Below are positions 49,701 to 59,770 of a stretch of DNA of 64,000 bases, one piece after another. The notes beneath the pieces were generated by a model. It did no database searches. It was given only the letters and a program-made list of their open reading frames with translations, and had not been told where the DNA came from. The stretch spans positions 512,776 through 576,775 of the forward strand of contig CP179889.1 of assembly GCA_047456315.1 (NCBI GenBank). Direction: 5' to 3'. The stretch is from Candidatus Nealsonbacteria bacterium. GTDB taxonomy: Bacteria > Patescibacteriota > Minisyncoccia > Minisyncoccales > JANBVM01. Numbering within the stretch: position 1 is the first letter of the stretch; every line of letters begins with the position of its first letter. The position numbers were made by a program, and so were the translations under genes.

Positions 49701-50210
49701 TTAAGTGTATCTGTCTGCTACTGTTGAAGCCACATAAGCCTCAGGCTTTATTTTAGCTTCAAAACCATTTCCTTTAATAAGCCCCACCACTTCTTTTATC
49801 ATGTTTTTTGTATCACCATTCTCTCCTATATCAGCATGAATGTAACGGAACTGATAATTATAGTTTTTATTTATCCCTTGAATTCTTTGATTAAGAGCTT
49901 CTCTTAATTCTAAAGACAGTTCGCAGGATATTAAAACCTCTTCTAATATTCTTTCTTTCAAAGAATAAAACCTTCTATTGTTATAGTTGATTTTCTTTAA
50001 GAAAATCCTGCCACCCTCTCCTACTCTTAAAACAACAATTGCTACTGGAAACTGAGGATTTTCCTGAGAAGAAGAATCACAGCCAACAATAATGTCATAA
50101 AAACTTTCTGGTTTTAACTCTATGTAATTAAAAATCTCATCAATAACTTGATTGAATTCTAATTCTCCAATAGTTGGATTATAAAAATGGCCTTGTAAGA
50201 TATTTGCCAT
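49701..50210 (-). CDS. DUF458 / YkuK-like RNase H-fold protein
   Basis: 169 aa; FYNPTIGELEF...YDIIVGCDSS pattern of the YkuK family. Confidence 0.6.
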   Translation of the reverse strand: MANILQGHFYNPTIGELEFNQVIDEIFNYIELKPESFYDIIVGCDSSSQENPQFPVAIVVLRVGEGGRIFLKKINYNNRRFYSLKERILEEVLISCELSLELREALNQRIQGINKNYNYQFRYIHADIGENGDTKNMIKEVVGLIKGNGFEAKIKPEAYVASTVADRYT

Positions 50211-50286
50211 AAACAGATTAAAATAAGGGTTTAACCCTTTTTTACAAAATTATAGTATTTTTAAATATAGCAATAAAACCCGATTA

Positions 50287-50973
50287 TTAGCAAGCTTCTA
50301 TAGATTGAACTATACTTATAAATTCTTTTGGTCTTAAAGAAGCTCCTCCTGCCAAAACTCCATTAAACCCTGATTCAATAATAAAACCTTTGACGTTATG
50401 AGGATTAACACTGCCTCCATATAAAATAATGGCATTGTTGCCCATAATCTTTTTTATCTTATTATTAAATAATTTGGCTTGTTTAAAGCTCGGGGTTTTA
50501 CCAGTACCAATGGCCCAAACAGGCTCATAAGCTATTATTACTTTTTGTTTTGCAACTCCTTTTAATCCTTTTTGAATCTGAGAAATATTACCAATGCATA
50601 AAACCGGTTTCAATCCTTTTTTCAAAGCTGCTTTCAGTCTCTGATTAATCAAGTTATCTGTTTCACAAAGATATTTTCTCCTTTCAGAATGGCCTAAAAT
50701 AACGTATTCGCATCCTAAATTCTTTAACATTGCTGGCGAAACTTCTCCAGTAAAAGCTCCTTTTTTTGCCCAGCAACAATTTTGGGCTCCAAGTTTCAAC
50801 TCTTTTCTTAATCTGCTTATTACTCCTAAATAAACAAAGGGCGGACAAATTATTACTTTGGTATTTTTAACAACTCCCAATCCTTTTTTTATTGAATTAA
50901 AAAGGTTTTTTGCCTGATTTAAGGTTATTGGATTGCATTTCCAGTTTGCTACAACAAGTTTTTTCATAATCAC
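50287..50973 (-). CDS. tpiA: Triosephosphate isomerase
   Basis: 228 aa; VVANWKCN, ILGHSERR, AYEPVWAIGTG, GGSV. Confidence 0.92.
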   Translation of the reverse strand: MIMKKLVVANWKCNPITLNQAKNLFNSIKKGLGVVKNTKVIICPPFVYLGVISRLRKELKLGAQNCCWAKKGAFTGEVSPAMLKNLGCEYVILGHSERRKYLCETDNLINQRLKAALKKGLKPVLCIGNISQIQKGLKGVAKQKVIIAYEPVWAIGTGKTPSFKQAKLFNNKIKKIMGNNAIILYGGSVNPHNVKGFIIESGFNGVLAGGASLRPKEFISIVQSIEAC

Positions 50974-52016
50974 TTTTTAAGCTGAGCTCTTAAATACCAT
51001 GCTGCTTTTTCCGGCTCAATTGTTGAAATCTCCATTCTAGTTCCTATTTCAAAGCCAGCTGGAGTAGCTGTCTTAGGAAGCACTGTCCAGTGCCAGTGGT
51101 AATATGAGTAATCTTTGCCATCACAAGGAGCAGTATGCAAATAAAAGTTATAAGCCGGATCTCTCAATCCTTTATACAGTGCTCTCATAACTGCTCCAAA
51201 AGCTTCTGCTAACTGCTCTTTTTCATCCCCATTAATTTTTTCAAAATATGCCAAATGTTTTTTAGGAGAAATAATGACCTGAAAAGCTGCTTTGGAGGCA
51301 AAAGGACAAATTGCCAAGAATAAGTCATTTTCAAAAACAATTCTTTTCTTAACTTTTTTCTCCCACAAGTTCATTTCGCAATAAATACATTTTTTATTTT
51401 CTTTAAAATAATTACTTGAATTTATCAGTGCTTTTCTTAAATCAAGATCAATTAAAGGAGTGGTAATAATTTGAGAATGAGGATGAGGCTGAGAAGCGCC
51501 AGCTTCAATGCCGTGGTTGTGAAAAATTGAAATATAATTTACAAATTTCTTTTTCATTAAATCCAAATATCTCTTTTGATAAACCTCAAAAACTTCTTTT
51601 ATCTGAGAGGTTTCAAAATGGGGAAAGTGTTTTTTATGGTCTTTTGTTAAAACCAATTCAGCAAAACCAACAGCATTCATAGCTTTATAAAACTTGCCTT
51701 CTTTTCTTTCTTCCAGATTTGAATAAGGAAGAAGAGCTGGGTACTTGTTAGGAATAACAATAGTTGTCCATTTTTCAGGAATTTCTCCTATTTTAAATAA
51801 AACTTCTTTGCCTTTAAAATAAGCTAAAACCGGCCTTTTCTGAAGTTTAAGATCATAAAAAGGACATTCTTTTTTAGAGATTTTGGATTTTACTCTTTTT
51901 CTTTTTTTATAGAAACCTGGCTTTCTTGCCCTGCCTGTAGCAATTATCACCCAGTCTTTAGAAACCAGATCAAATCTTAATTCTGAAGGAAATTTCGTTT
52001 TCTTCTCACCTTTCAT
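50970..52016 (-). CDS. Galactose-1-phosphate uridylyltransferase-like (GalT-branch HIT) protein
   Basis: 348 aa; CPFY, ASQPHPHSQI (HxHxQ), and a second half-domain with HWHW. Confidence 0.75.
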   Translation of the reverse strand: MKGEKKTKFPSELRFDLVSKDWVIIATGRARKPGFYKKRKRVKSKISKKECPFYDLKLQKRPVLAYFKGKEVLFKIGEIPEKWTTIVIPNKYPALLPYSNLEERKEGKFYKAMNAVGFAELVLTKDHKKHFPHFETSQIKEVFEVYQKRYLDLMKKKFVNYISIFHNHGIEAGASQPHPHSQIITTPLIDLDLRKALINSSNYFKENKKCIYCEMNLWEKKVKKRIVFENDLFLAICPFASKAAFQVIISPKKHLAYFEKINGDEKEQLAEAFGAVMRALYKGLRDPAYNFYLHTAPCDGKDYSYYHWHWTVLPKTATPAGFEIGTRMEISTIEPEKAAWYLRAQLKK

Positions 52017-52737
52017 AAATACCCTGAATCATGTTCAATCTTATTTTAAACAAATCAATTGCCATTTTAACCATGCTTTTAAACTTCACTGAGCTTCTTT
52101 TGTCATTGACCCAGTAAACCGGAATTTCCTTTATTTTATATCCCAGCTTTTTAGCAATAACCAGCATTTCAGCGTCAAAAGCAAAACGCGAAATCCTGGT
52201 TTTTGAAAATACATCTTCTGCAGCTTTCTTTGTAAAACCCTTAAATCCGCACTGGGTATCTGGAATACCCCAGAGCCCGGCCATAATCTGAACAAGCAAA
52301 TTAAAAGTATTGCCTATCATTGTTCTCCAAAAAGGCTGAGGAACAGCTAACTTAGCGCCCTCAATGTCACGTGAGCCAATTATTATTTCATGTCCTTTTT
52401 CAAACTCTGGCCACATTTTTTCAATCTGGTCAATTGAGGTTGAATTATCAGCATCAGTAAAAAGACGATATTTTCCATTAGCTGCCAGCATTCCCTGCTT
52501 AACAACATAACCCTTGCCATGATTCTCTTTATTGTCAATAATCTTTAGGTTTTCAATCTGAGAGCTTAAATCTTTAACCACACCAGCAGTATTATCTTTT
52601 GAACCATCGCTAATAACTAAAATCTCCCAATCATAGGATTGTTTTTTCAAATACTGATGAATCTCTGGCAATGTTTTTGGCAGTTTCTTTTCCTCGTTAT
52701 AAGCGGGAATAATAACTGAAAGATATGGTTCTGGCAT
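52006..52737 (-). CDS. Family 2 glycosyltransferase (dolichyl/polyprenyl-phosphate glycosyltransferase-like)
   Basis: 243 aa; LSVIIPAYNEE, VISDGSKDNT, TDADNS. Confidence 0.8.
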   Translation of the reverse strand: MPEPYLSVIIPAYNEEKKLPKTLPEIHQYLKKQSYDWEILVISDGSKDNTAGVVKDLSSQIENLKIIDNKENHGKGYVVKQGMLAANGKYRLFTDADNSTSIDQIEKMWPEFEKGHEIIIGSRDIEGAKLAVPQPFWRTMIGNTFNLLVQIMAGLWGIPDTQCGFKGFTKKAAEDVFSKTRISRFAFDAEMLVIAKKLGYKIKEIPVYWVNDKRSSVKFKSMVKMAIDLFKIRLNMIQGIYER

Positions 52738-52821
52738 GTTTTAATATTTTACCATAATCTAAAAAAGAAACAAAAAATGAGCGCCTGAAGCACTCATTAA
52801 ATCCAAAAAACTTGCACTGCT

Positions 52822-53574
52822 TTATTCCAAAGCAGTCAATATCTCAGCTCCTTTTTCAGTAATAGCAATAGTATGCTCAAAGTGGGTTGATAATGAGCCG
52901 TTTTCTGTCTCAAACCCAAAACCATCGCTAGACTTGATAATCTTTCCATTCCCTGACATTGCGAGCATCGGCTCCAGGCAAAAAACCATGCCTTTTTTTA
53001 TCTCTAGTCCAGCCTTTCTTTTCCCATAATTTAAAATCTGGGGTTCTTCATGTAAATCCCTGCCAATCCCATGGCCACATAAATCTTTTACCACAACAAA
53101 TCCCTGGCTTTTAATATGCCTTTCAATTGTATTTGAAATATCCCCAAAAGTGTTTCCAACTTTAGATTTTTTAATTCCCCTTTTAAGAGCTTTTTTTGCT
53201 GCTTTAATAAGCCGGCTTGCTTCAGGATCAACTTCTCCAATACTAATTGTAATTGCCATATCAGAATGGAATCCATTTTTAAAAAATCCCAGATCCAATG
53301 ACAAAACATCTTTTTCTTTCAAAACCCTTTCAGATGGAACACCATGAACAATTTGCTCATTAACTGAAGTGCAAAGCGTTGCTGGAAACCCCTCATAGTT
53401 TTTAAATGACGGCTTGCCTTCATATTTTAAAATAAGGCTCTGAGCAAGCCTCTCTAATTCTAGAGTAGTAATTCCTGGCTCTACTTTATCTTTTAATTTA
53501 TTTATTATGGAAGCCAGAATCTTGCCATTTTCTCTCATTATTTTAATTTCTAAATCACTTTTTATTGGAATCAT
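52822..53574 (-). CDS. map: Methionine aminopeptidase type I
   Basis: 250 aa; VHGVP, DLGFFKNGFHSD, CGHGIG, EHTIAIT. Confidence 0.95.
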   Translation of the reverse strand: MIPIKSDLEIKIMRENGKILASIINKLKDKVEPGITTLELERLAQSLILKYEGKPSFKNYEGFPATLCTSVNEQIVHGVPSERVLKEKDVLSLDLGFFKNGFHSDMAITISIGEVDPEASRLIKAAKKALKRGIKKSKVGNTFGDISNTIERHIKSQGFVVVKDLCGHGIGRDLHEEPQILNYGKRKAGLEIKKGMVFCLEPMLAMSGNGKIIKSSDGFGFETENGSLSTHFEHTIAITEKGAEILTALE

Positions 53575-54260
53575 TTTAAAGCTTTTAAAATACTTTCAAA
53601 AACAACGGCTGGTTCTGGAGAGCCATCAATTTTAATAATTTTTAATTCTTCTTTTTTGAAAAATTCAATTAAAGGACTGGTCCTGTCTTCGTATTGCTTT
53701 AATCTCACTTTAATTACTTTCGGATCATCATCTTTTCTAATAATTAACTTTGAACCGTCAAAAGGGCATTTAGTAAGCTTTTCCGTCTCCTTGTTGTAAA
53801 TCACAGTATGACGAGCAAGCTCGCAAGCTCTTCTATGAGAATTTCTAAAAAGAGATTCTTTTTCGCTTAAATCAATTAAAACAACCTGTAAATTATCAGC
53901 TCCGCAAAGATCTTTTAAAAATGGAATCAACCCTTCTCCTTCATATAATGTTCGAGGAGAACCATTCATAATTATCCCCTCTTCTTCTTTAATCAGATTT
54001 TTAACCTCTTCCTTTATCCAAAAAGTTATTAAAGGAGGGCTCATTAAAATTCCAGAATTAAACCTATTCTCTTCTTCTAAAAGAGAATACTTTTCCCCTT
54101 CTATAATCTCAAAACTACCTTTTTTAACGTTTGTCAGTTTTTTCCGAATAATCTTGGAGGTTTCAAGATGATAAAAACCAAACTTTTCAGATAAAAGCTC
54201 TGCTTGAGTTCCTTTTCCTGCTCCTGGCGCTCCTAAAATAATTATTACTTTTTTATTCAT
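53571..54260 (-). CDS. adk: Adenylate kinase
   Basis: 229 aa; P-loop ILGAPGAGKGTQAELL and a LID region with partial Cys/His ligands. Confidence 0.9.
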   Translation of the reverse strand: MNKKVIIILGAPGAGKGTQAELLSEKFGFYHLETSKIIRKKLTNVKKGSFEIIEGEKYSLLEEENRFNSGILMSPPLITFWIKEEVKNLIKEEEGIIMNGSPRTLYEGEGLIPFLKDLCGADNLQVVLIDLSEKESLFRNSHRRACELARHTVIYNKETEKLTKCPFDGSKLIIRKDDDPKVIKVRLKQYEDRTSPLIEFFKKEELKIIKIDGSPEPAVVFESILKALK

Positions 54261-54272
54261 TTTTTTTAATTT

Positions 54273-55550
54273 TTAAAATGTTTCATATTCTCTCATTTCC
54301 AGCTGAGCTTCAATTTCTCTCATTGTTTCCAGAGCAACAGAAACTAAAATAAGGATTGAGGTTCCGCCAACTAAAAAACTAAAAACAGCAATATTTGTTA
54401 TTACTTGAATAATTGTTGGCATAAGAGCAACAAGTCCTAAAAACAAAGCTCCAACAGGTAAAATCCTGTTTAAAACAAATTCTAAAAACTTGGCAGTTGA
54501 CTCACCAGGCCTGATACCGGGAACAAAACCACCCATTTTCTTCAAATTATCAGCAATTGATTTTGGTTCAAAAGTAATAAGAGTATAAAAATATGTAAAA
54601 ACAAAAACCAGGGCAAAATAAGTAAGGCCGTAAGCCCAGATATTATTGAAAAACCCTTCAACAAGCTGGGATATCCTGCCCAAAAAACCTCCTGCCCCGG
54701 TAAAAAAACTGGTAATCATGGAAGGAAAGGTTAAAATTGACAGGGCAAATATAATTGGCATTACTCCTGCCGGATTAACACTTAAAGGAAGATAAGTAGA
54801 TGAACCGCCATAAACCATTCTGCCTTTAACTCTCTTGGCATATGAAATAGGTATATTTCTTCTTGCCTCATTAATTAAAACAACTCCAGCAATAATTAAA
54901 AGCGCCATTACAAAGAATATCAAATAAGATGCAAGCATTGATGGTTCATAGACAGCTATCATTTGTCCAATATTTCTTGGAAAATCAGCAATAATTCCGG
55001 CAAAAATTAGCAAGGATACTCCATTGCCAATCCCTTTTTCTGAAATCAGCTCTCCTAGCCACATTAAAAAAACACTGCCTGCAGTAATTGTTAAAATAGC
55101 GCTAATCTTGGCAGCAAAACCAAATTCTGCAATTATCCCCTGCTTTGTAAATAGTGTTAGCATTGAAAAGGCCTGAAGAACAGCTAAAGGAACAGTTAAA
55201 ATCCTTCCGTATTGTTCAAATTTTTTCTTGCCCTCTTCCCCGCTTTCTCTGTAAAGCTCCTCTAATTGAGGAAAAATCATTGTTAAAAGCTGAAGGATTA
55301 TTGTTGCAGTAATATAAGGACCCAAGCCAAGCATAACAATAGAGAGCCTTTCCAAAGCGCCACCAGTAAAAAGATTTAAAAGACCAAGAACCTGAAATTG
55401 TTCAAAAAAACTCTTCAGGTTCTCAGGATTGATGCCAGGAATTGGAATATTTGCCATTATTCTAAAAAGGGCAAAAACTCCTAAAACAAAAAGAATCTTG
55501 TTTCTTAAATCCTTTATTTTAAATAATTGAATAACTTGATCGTACCACAT
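54273..55550 (-). CDS. secY: Preprotein translocase subunit SecY
   Basis: 425 aa; 10-TM pattern with LGLGPYITATIILQLL and GNGVSLLIFAGI. Confidence 0.96.
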   Translation of the reverse strand: MWYDQVIQLFKIKDLRNKILFVLGVFALFRIMANIPIPGINPENLKSFFEQFQVLGLLNLFTGGALERLSIVMLGLGPYITATIILQLLTMIFPQLEELYRESGEEGKKKFEQYGRILTVPLAVLQAFSMLTLFTKQGIIAEFGFAAKISAILTITAGSVFLMWLGELISEKGIGNGVSLLIFAGIIADFPRNIGQMIAVYEPSMLASYLIFFVMALLIIAGVVLINEARRNIPISYAKRVKGRMVYGGSSTYLPLSVNPAGVMPIIFALSILTFPSMITSFFTGAGGFLGRISQLVEGFFNNIWAYGLTYFALVFVFTYFYTLITFEPKSIADNLKKMGGFVPGIRPGESTAKFLEFVLNRILPVGALFLGLVALMPTIIQVITNIAVFSFLVGGTSILILVSVALETMREIEAQLEMREYETF

Positions 55551-55574
55551 TTATATATATTAAAATTTAACTGC

Positions 55575-56018
55575 TCACTGCTTAATTATTCCTTTTGCTT
55601 TTTTAATCTTCTCTTCTGCTGATTTTGAAACCTGGCAGTTTTTAATAATCAATTCTTTTTTTAATTCTCCCCTGTCTAAAATCTTAACCTTGGGAATTTT
55701 CCCTTTTATTCTACTAATTAGCTTTTTTTTAAGCAAGGTGCTTGGAGAAATTAAATCTCCTTTTTTAAAGTTTTTTTCCAATGTTTTCAAATCAACAGTT
55801 GCTGGCTTTGGAGATCTAATCTTAAATCTATATCCCCTTAACTTTGGATATTTTTTAATCAACTGCCTGATTGAAGGCACCATCTGACGGCCGGCACGGG
55901 ATTTCTGACCCTTAATGCCTCTGCCAGAATAAGTTCCTCTTTTTCCGCCCCTTCCAATTCTTTTTCCCTTTTTCCTTTTATGAGTTGGTTTTAATTGATG
56001 AATCTGCATAGTTAACAA
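55575..56018 (-). CDS. rplO: 50S ribosomal protein L15
   Basis: 147 aa; RIGRGGKRGTYSGRGIKGQKSR. Starts 2 nt after the rpsE stop, so no rpmD lies in between. Confidence 0.93.
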   Translation of the reverse strand: MLTMQIHQLKPTHKRKKGKRIGRGGKRGTYSGRGIKGQKSRAGRQMVPSIRQLIKKYPKLRGYRFKIRSPKPATVDLKTLEKNFKKGDLISPSTLLKKKLISRIKGKIPKVKILDRGELKKELIIKNCQVSKSAEEKIKKAKGIIKQ

Positions 56019-56020
56019 AA

Positions 56021-56491
56021 TTATTTTTTTGTTTTTAATTGTTTCAGCGCCTTAATTACTGCCATTGCATTATTAAGCTTGTTAGTTGTGGTTCCTAAAA
56101 CTTTGGAAGAAATGTTTTTCATTCCAGCCAAAGAACAAATCACTCTTACTGTTCCTCCTGCCACCAGACCTCTTCCTTTTTTCTGAGGCTTTAAAAGCAC
56201 TTTAGCTGAACTGAATTTAGCAAAAACCTCATGAGGAATTGTGTCATTTACAATAGGTATTTCAATTATTTTCTTTTTTGCCAGCCGGGTTGCTTTTTCA
56301 ATTGCCTTAGCAACATCAAGACCAGCAGCACTGGCTACCCCCACTTTTCCTTTTTTATTTCCTACCACCATTACTGCTCTGAATCGTATTTTCTTACCAC
56401 CTGCTCTTGTATGTGAAACTCTGGCTAAATCTAAAAGCTTTGAATCAAATTCATCCTTAATTCTCTTATATTTTCTCATTACTCTTCTCAT
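56021..56491 (-). CDS. rpsE: 30S ribosomal protein S5
   Basis: 156 aa; RVSHTRAGGKKIRFRAVMVVGNKKGKVG...GRGLVAGGTVR. Confidence 0.95.
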   Translation of the reverse strand: MRRVMRKYKRIKDEFDSKLLDLARVSHTRAGGKKIRFRAVMVVGNKKGKVGVASAAGLDVAKAIEKATRLAKKKIIEIPIVNDTIPHEVFAKFSSAKVLLKPQKKGRGLVAGGTVRVICSLAGMKNISSKVLGTTTNKLNNAMAVIKALKQLKTKK

Positions 56492-56495
56492 ATAT

Positions 56496-56906
56496 TTAAA
56501 ACTTTAAACCTTCTTCTCTTGCCCCATCAGCCAAAGCTTTAACTCTTCCATGGTATTTATATCCTCCCCTGTCAAAAACAATACTCTCGATCTTTAATTC
56601 TTTGGCTTTTTTAGCAATTACTTTTCCAACCTCAAAAGCTACTGATAATTTAGAAGAAAGAGGTTCTTGTTTTCTTTCTTTCTTGTCATCTGAAGAAGAT
56701 TTCTTGACTTTTACTTTTTTAACTTTAATTTTAAAATCACTTGCTGAAGCCAGCACTTTGTTTTTTTCATCATCAATTAATTGAGCGTAAATGTGCTTAC
56801 CTGAACGAAAAACACAGAGTCTGGGTATTTTACCTGTTCCAGAAATCTTACCTCTTACTTTTTTATGCCTTTTTATTCTTTGGCTTCTTTTCTTTTTTGC
56901 ACTCAT
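56496..56906 (-). CDS. rplR: 50S ribosomal protein L18 (with internal Lys-rich insertion)
   Basis: 136 aa; [18 protein letters not shown]...[26 protein letters not shown]. Confidence 0.95.
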   Translation of the reverse strand: MSAKKKRSQRIKRHKKVRGKISGTGKIPRLCVFRSGKHIYAQLIDDEKNKVLASASDFKIKVKKVKVKKSSSDDKKERKQEPLSSKLSVAFEVGKVIAKKAKELKIESIVFDRGGYKYHGRVKALADGAREEGLKF

Positions 56907-56917
56907 GTTTCTTAAAA

Positions 56918-57466
56918 TTATCCTGCTACTGTAGCAGCAACTTTCTTGCCAGCTTTTCTTCTAATCTGCTCACCCTTATACCTGATTCCTTTTCCTTTAT
57001 ATGGTTCAGCTGGTCTTACTTTTCTGATTTTTGAAGCAATTATACCAACCACCTCCTTATCAATGCCTGAAACAGTAATAATGTTTTTCTCAACTGATAC
57101 TTTAATCCCTTCAGGCGGTTTTATTTTAACAAAATGAGTAAAACCGACAGACAAAACTAATTCCCCTTCCTCTGTCTTTGCCTTATAACCCAAACCATGA
57201 ATCTCTAATTGCTTTTCATAACCATCAACAACTCCCTTAACCATATTTGCCAGAAGAGCCCGGGTCAGTCCCCAAAAAGCCTTGCTTTGTTTGGTTTGTC
57301 TTTTAATTGAAACAAGAATCTTTCCTTTCTCTTCCTTAACCTTAATCTCAGGCCTAATTTCACGTGAAAGTTCACCTTTAGGACCTTTAACAGTAACTCT
57401 CTGTTTATCAATCTTTATTTCCACGCTTTCCGGTATTTCAATTGGTTGTTTCCCTATTCTGCTCAT
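56918..57466 (-). CDS. rplF: 50S ribosomal protein L6
   Basis: [12 protein letters not shown] consensus start at 57466 (ORF track 57484). Confidence 0.95.
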   Translation of the reverse strand: MSRIGKQPIEIPESVEIKIDKQRVTVKGPKGELSREIRPEIKVKEEKGKILVSIKRQTKQSKAFWGLTRALLANMVKGVVDGYEKQLEIHGLGYKAKTEEGELVLSVGFTHFVKIKPPEGIKVSVEKNIITVSGIDKEVVGIIASKIRKVRPAEPYKGKGIRYKGEQIRRKAGKKVAATVAG

Positions 57467-57470
57467 ATAA

Positions 57471-57857
57471 TTACCATATTTCAAATAAAATTTCTCCTCC
57501 CAGATTCTGTTTTCTGGCCTCTTTATTAGTCATTAGACCTTTGGAAGTTGAAATGATTGATAAGCCATAACCACCTCGAATCTTTCTGATTTTTCCTGCT
57601 GTAGTATAAATTCTCTGTCCTGGTTTGGAAACTCTTTTAAGAGAAGATATAGCTGGCTCTTTGTTGTCATACTTTAACTTTATTTCAATTGATTTTCTCG
57701 TTTTTCTTCCTTTTTTTTCTACTTCTTCAACAAGATTTTCTTTTTTTAAAATCTTTGCAATCTCAAACTTTATTTCAGAATAAGGAATAACCACTGTTTC
57801 TTTTAAAACAGCTTGGGCGTTTCTAATTGATGTTAACATGTCTGCTATTGGGTCCAT
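57471..57857 (-). CDS. rpsH: 30S ribosomal protein S8
   Basis: 128 aa; DPIADMLTSIRNA...GGEILFEIW. Confidence 0.96.
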   Translation of the reverse strand: MDPIADMLTSIRNAQAVLKETVVIPYSEIKFEIAKILKKENLVEEVEKKGRKTRKSIEIKLKYDNKEPAISSLKRVSKPGQRIYTTAGKIRKIRGGYGLSIISTSKGLMTNKEARKQNLGGEILFEIW

Positions 57858-57861
57858 ATAT

Positions 57862-58047
57862 TTACCAGCTACTTTTTTTAACTCCTGGAATCAGACCTTT
57901 ATTTGCCATTTCCCTAAAACAAATTCTGCATAAACCAAACTTTCTCATATAGGCTCTTCTTCTTCCACATCGAAAACATCTGCGAACTATTCGTGTTGTA
58001 AACTTTGGTTTCTTTTTTGCTCTAGCAATTTGGGATTTTTTTGGCAT
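57862..58047 (-). CDS. rpsZ: 30S ribosomal protein S14, zinc-binding type Z
   Basis: 61 aa; CFRCGR...CRICFRE. Confidence 0.95.
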   Translation of the reverse strand: MPKKSQIARAKKKPKFTTRIVRRCFRCGRRRAYMRKFGLCRICFREMANKGLIPGVKKSSW

Positions 58048-58049
58048 AA

Positions 58050-58607
58050 CTATTTTTTAATTGGAAAACCCATTAATCTAAGAAGCTCTAAACCTTCTTC
58101 TTTATTCTTGGCTGTTGTTATTACAGTAATCTCCAGGCCAAATATATTCTTTGCTCTTTCAGGTAAAATCTCAGAAAAAGAAATATGCTCTTTAATTGCA
58201 ATGGTTAAGTTTCCGCTTTTATCAACTGATTTTGCATCAATTCCTTCAAAGTCCCTGGAACGAGGAAGAGTGATATTAATCAATCTTTCTAAAAAATCAA
58301 ACATTCTCCCTCTTCTTAAAGTAATCTTGGCCCCAATCTCCATTCCCCTTCTAAGCTTAAAACCAGAAACTGACTTTCTTGCTTTTGTCAGCACTGGTTT
58401 CTGGCCAGTAATCATGGTTAAATCTTCTAAAATAAAGGCTAGAAACTTTTTCTTTTCATCAGAGCCTTTTTCAGCAATCATTTTTCCAAAACCAGTATTA
58501 ACTACAACTTTAACAATTTTAGGAACAGCCATCCTGTTTTTATAACCAAGCTTTTCCATCATTTTAGGAATCACCTCTGTATTGTATTTTTCTTTTAAAC
58601 CAATCAT
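58050..58607 (-). CDS. rplE: 50S ribosomal protein L5
   Basis: 185 aa; [16 protein letters not shown]...RDFEGI. Confidence 0.96.
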   Translation of the reverse strand: MIGLKEKYNTEVIPKMMEKLGYKNRMAVPKIVKVVVNTGFGKMIAEKGSDEKKKFLAFILEDLTMITGQKPVLTKARKSVSGFKLRRGMEIGAKITLRRGRMFDFLERLINITLPRSRDFEGIDAKSVDKSGNLTIAIKEHISFSEILPERAKNIFGLEITVITTAKNKEEGLELLRLMGFPIKK

Positions 58608-58909
58608 ATTTGTTTATTGCATTTTTTGCAAATGCGGTATTTCTTATCTCCTACAAGCTTATAACCCACTCTTGTTGCTTTATTGCATTTTGAACAAATC
58701 ATTTTCACGTTAGAAACATTGATAGGAGCTGGTTTTTCAATAATCTGACCCTTTTCCCCTGATTTTTTTGGTTTCTGGTGTTTTTTAATTAAATTCACTC
58801 CTTCAATCAAAACCTTGTTCTTTTGAGGAAAAGCTTTTAAAATCTTACCTTTCTTTCCTTTGTTCTTTCCAGAAATAACCAATACTGTATCTCCTTTTTT
58901 TATCTTCAT
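58604..58909 (-). CDS. rplX: 50S ribosomal protein L24 with C-terminal CxxC..CxxC
   Basis: 101 aa; KOW MKIKKGDTVLVISGKNKGKKGKI; C-terminus CSKCNK...CKKCNK. Confidence 0.94.
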   Translation of the reverse strand: MKIKKGDTVLVISGKNKGKKGKILKAFPQKNKVLIEGVNLIKKHQKPKKSGEKGQIIEKPAPINVSNVKMICSKCNKATRVGYKLVGDKKYRICKKCNKQI

Positions 58910-58918
58910 AGAATGTTT

Positions 58919-59290
58919 TTAAACTAAATACTGGGCTATGGCTGCTACTTCTGTGAAACCTTTTTCTTTTACTTCTCTTGCCATGGGGCCAAAAACCCTT
59001 CCTCCTTTTGGTTTTTTTGTTTTGGCTTCTAAAATAACACAGGCATTATCATCAAAACGAATATAGCTGCCATCAGGTCTTTTGTATTCCTTTCTTTGCC
59101 TTATTATCACTGCTCTTAGAACATCATGTTTTTTCACCTCTTTTCTTGGCTCAGCGCTTTTTACTGTTCCAACTATAACATCACCAAGCCGGCCATAGCG
59201 CCTCCCGCTTCCACCTAAAACATGGATACATTGAATCGTCTTACCTCCGCTATTATCAGCTATTTTTAACATTGAACGTAATTGAATCAT
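58919..59290 (-). CDS. rplN: 50S ribosomal protein L14
   Basis: 123 aa; MIQLRSMLKIADNSGGK... Confidence 0.97.
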   Translation of the reverse strand: MIQLRSMLKIADNSGGKTIQCIHVLGGSGRRYGRLGDVIVGTVKSAEPRKEVKKHDVLRAVIIRQRKEYKRPDGSYIRFDDNACVILEAKTKKPKGGRVFGPMAREVKEKGFTEVAAIAQYLV

Positions 59291-59295
59291 AATTC

Positions 59296-59577
59296 TTATT
59301 CTTTAATAGTTTCTTCTTGTTTAACTTCTTTTTTCTGTTTAACTGTTTCTTTTTCTATTACCCTCCATTTTTTATGCTTGCTGATTGGACGACACTCTTC
59401 AATAATAACCCTGTCTCCTGTTTTAAACTCTTGCTTTTCATCATGAGCCTTATAATTCTTGCTAATCTTATACCTTTTCTTGTACTTTGGATGGGCTTTT
59501 ATACGCTCAACCCTGACAACAACTGTTTTTTGCATCTTATCTGAAACAATTATACCTTTTAACCTTTTTTTTGGCAT
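59296..59577 (-). CDS. rpsQ: 30S ribosomal protein S17
   Basis: 93 aa; [18 protein letters not shown]...YKAHDE...[14 protein letters not shown]. Confidence 0.95.
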   Translation of the reverse strand: MPKKRLKGIIVSDKMQKTVVVRVERIKAHPKYKKRYKISKNYKAHDEKQEFKTGDRVIIEECRPISKHKKWRVIEKETVKQKKEVKQEETIKE

Positions 59578-59581
59578 AAAT

Positions 59582-59767
59582 CTACTTTATTTGTTTTAGT
59601 ATGGTTAATATCCTGGCAATATCTTTTTTAATCTTTCTAATTTCTCTGACATTCTTAACTGTTCCTCCAGCTAAATTAAAATATAGTATGCGCATCTTTT
59701 TTCTTGATTCCTTAAGTAATTTATCCAATTCTAATTTTGATTTTTTTCTGATTTCAACAGCTTTCAT
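59582..59767 (-). CDS. rpmC: 50S ribosomal protein L29
   Basis: 61 aa; helical; position between rplP and rpsQ. Confidence 0.9.
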   Translation of the reverse strand: MKAVEIRKKSKLELDKLLKESRKKMRILYFNLAGGTVKNVREIRKIKKDIARILTILKQIK

Positions 59768-59770
59768 ATT

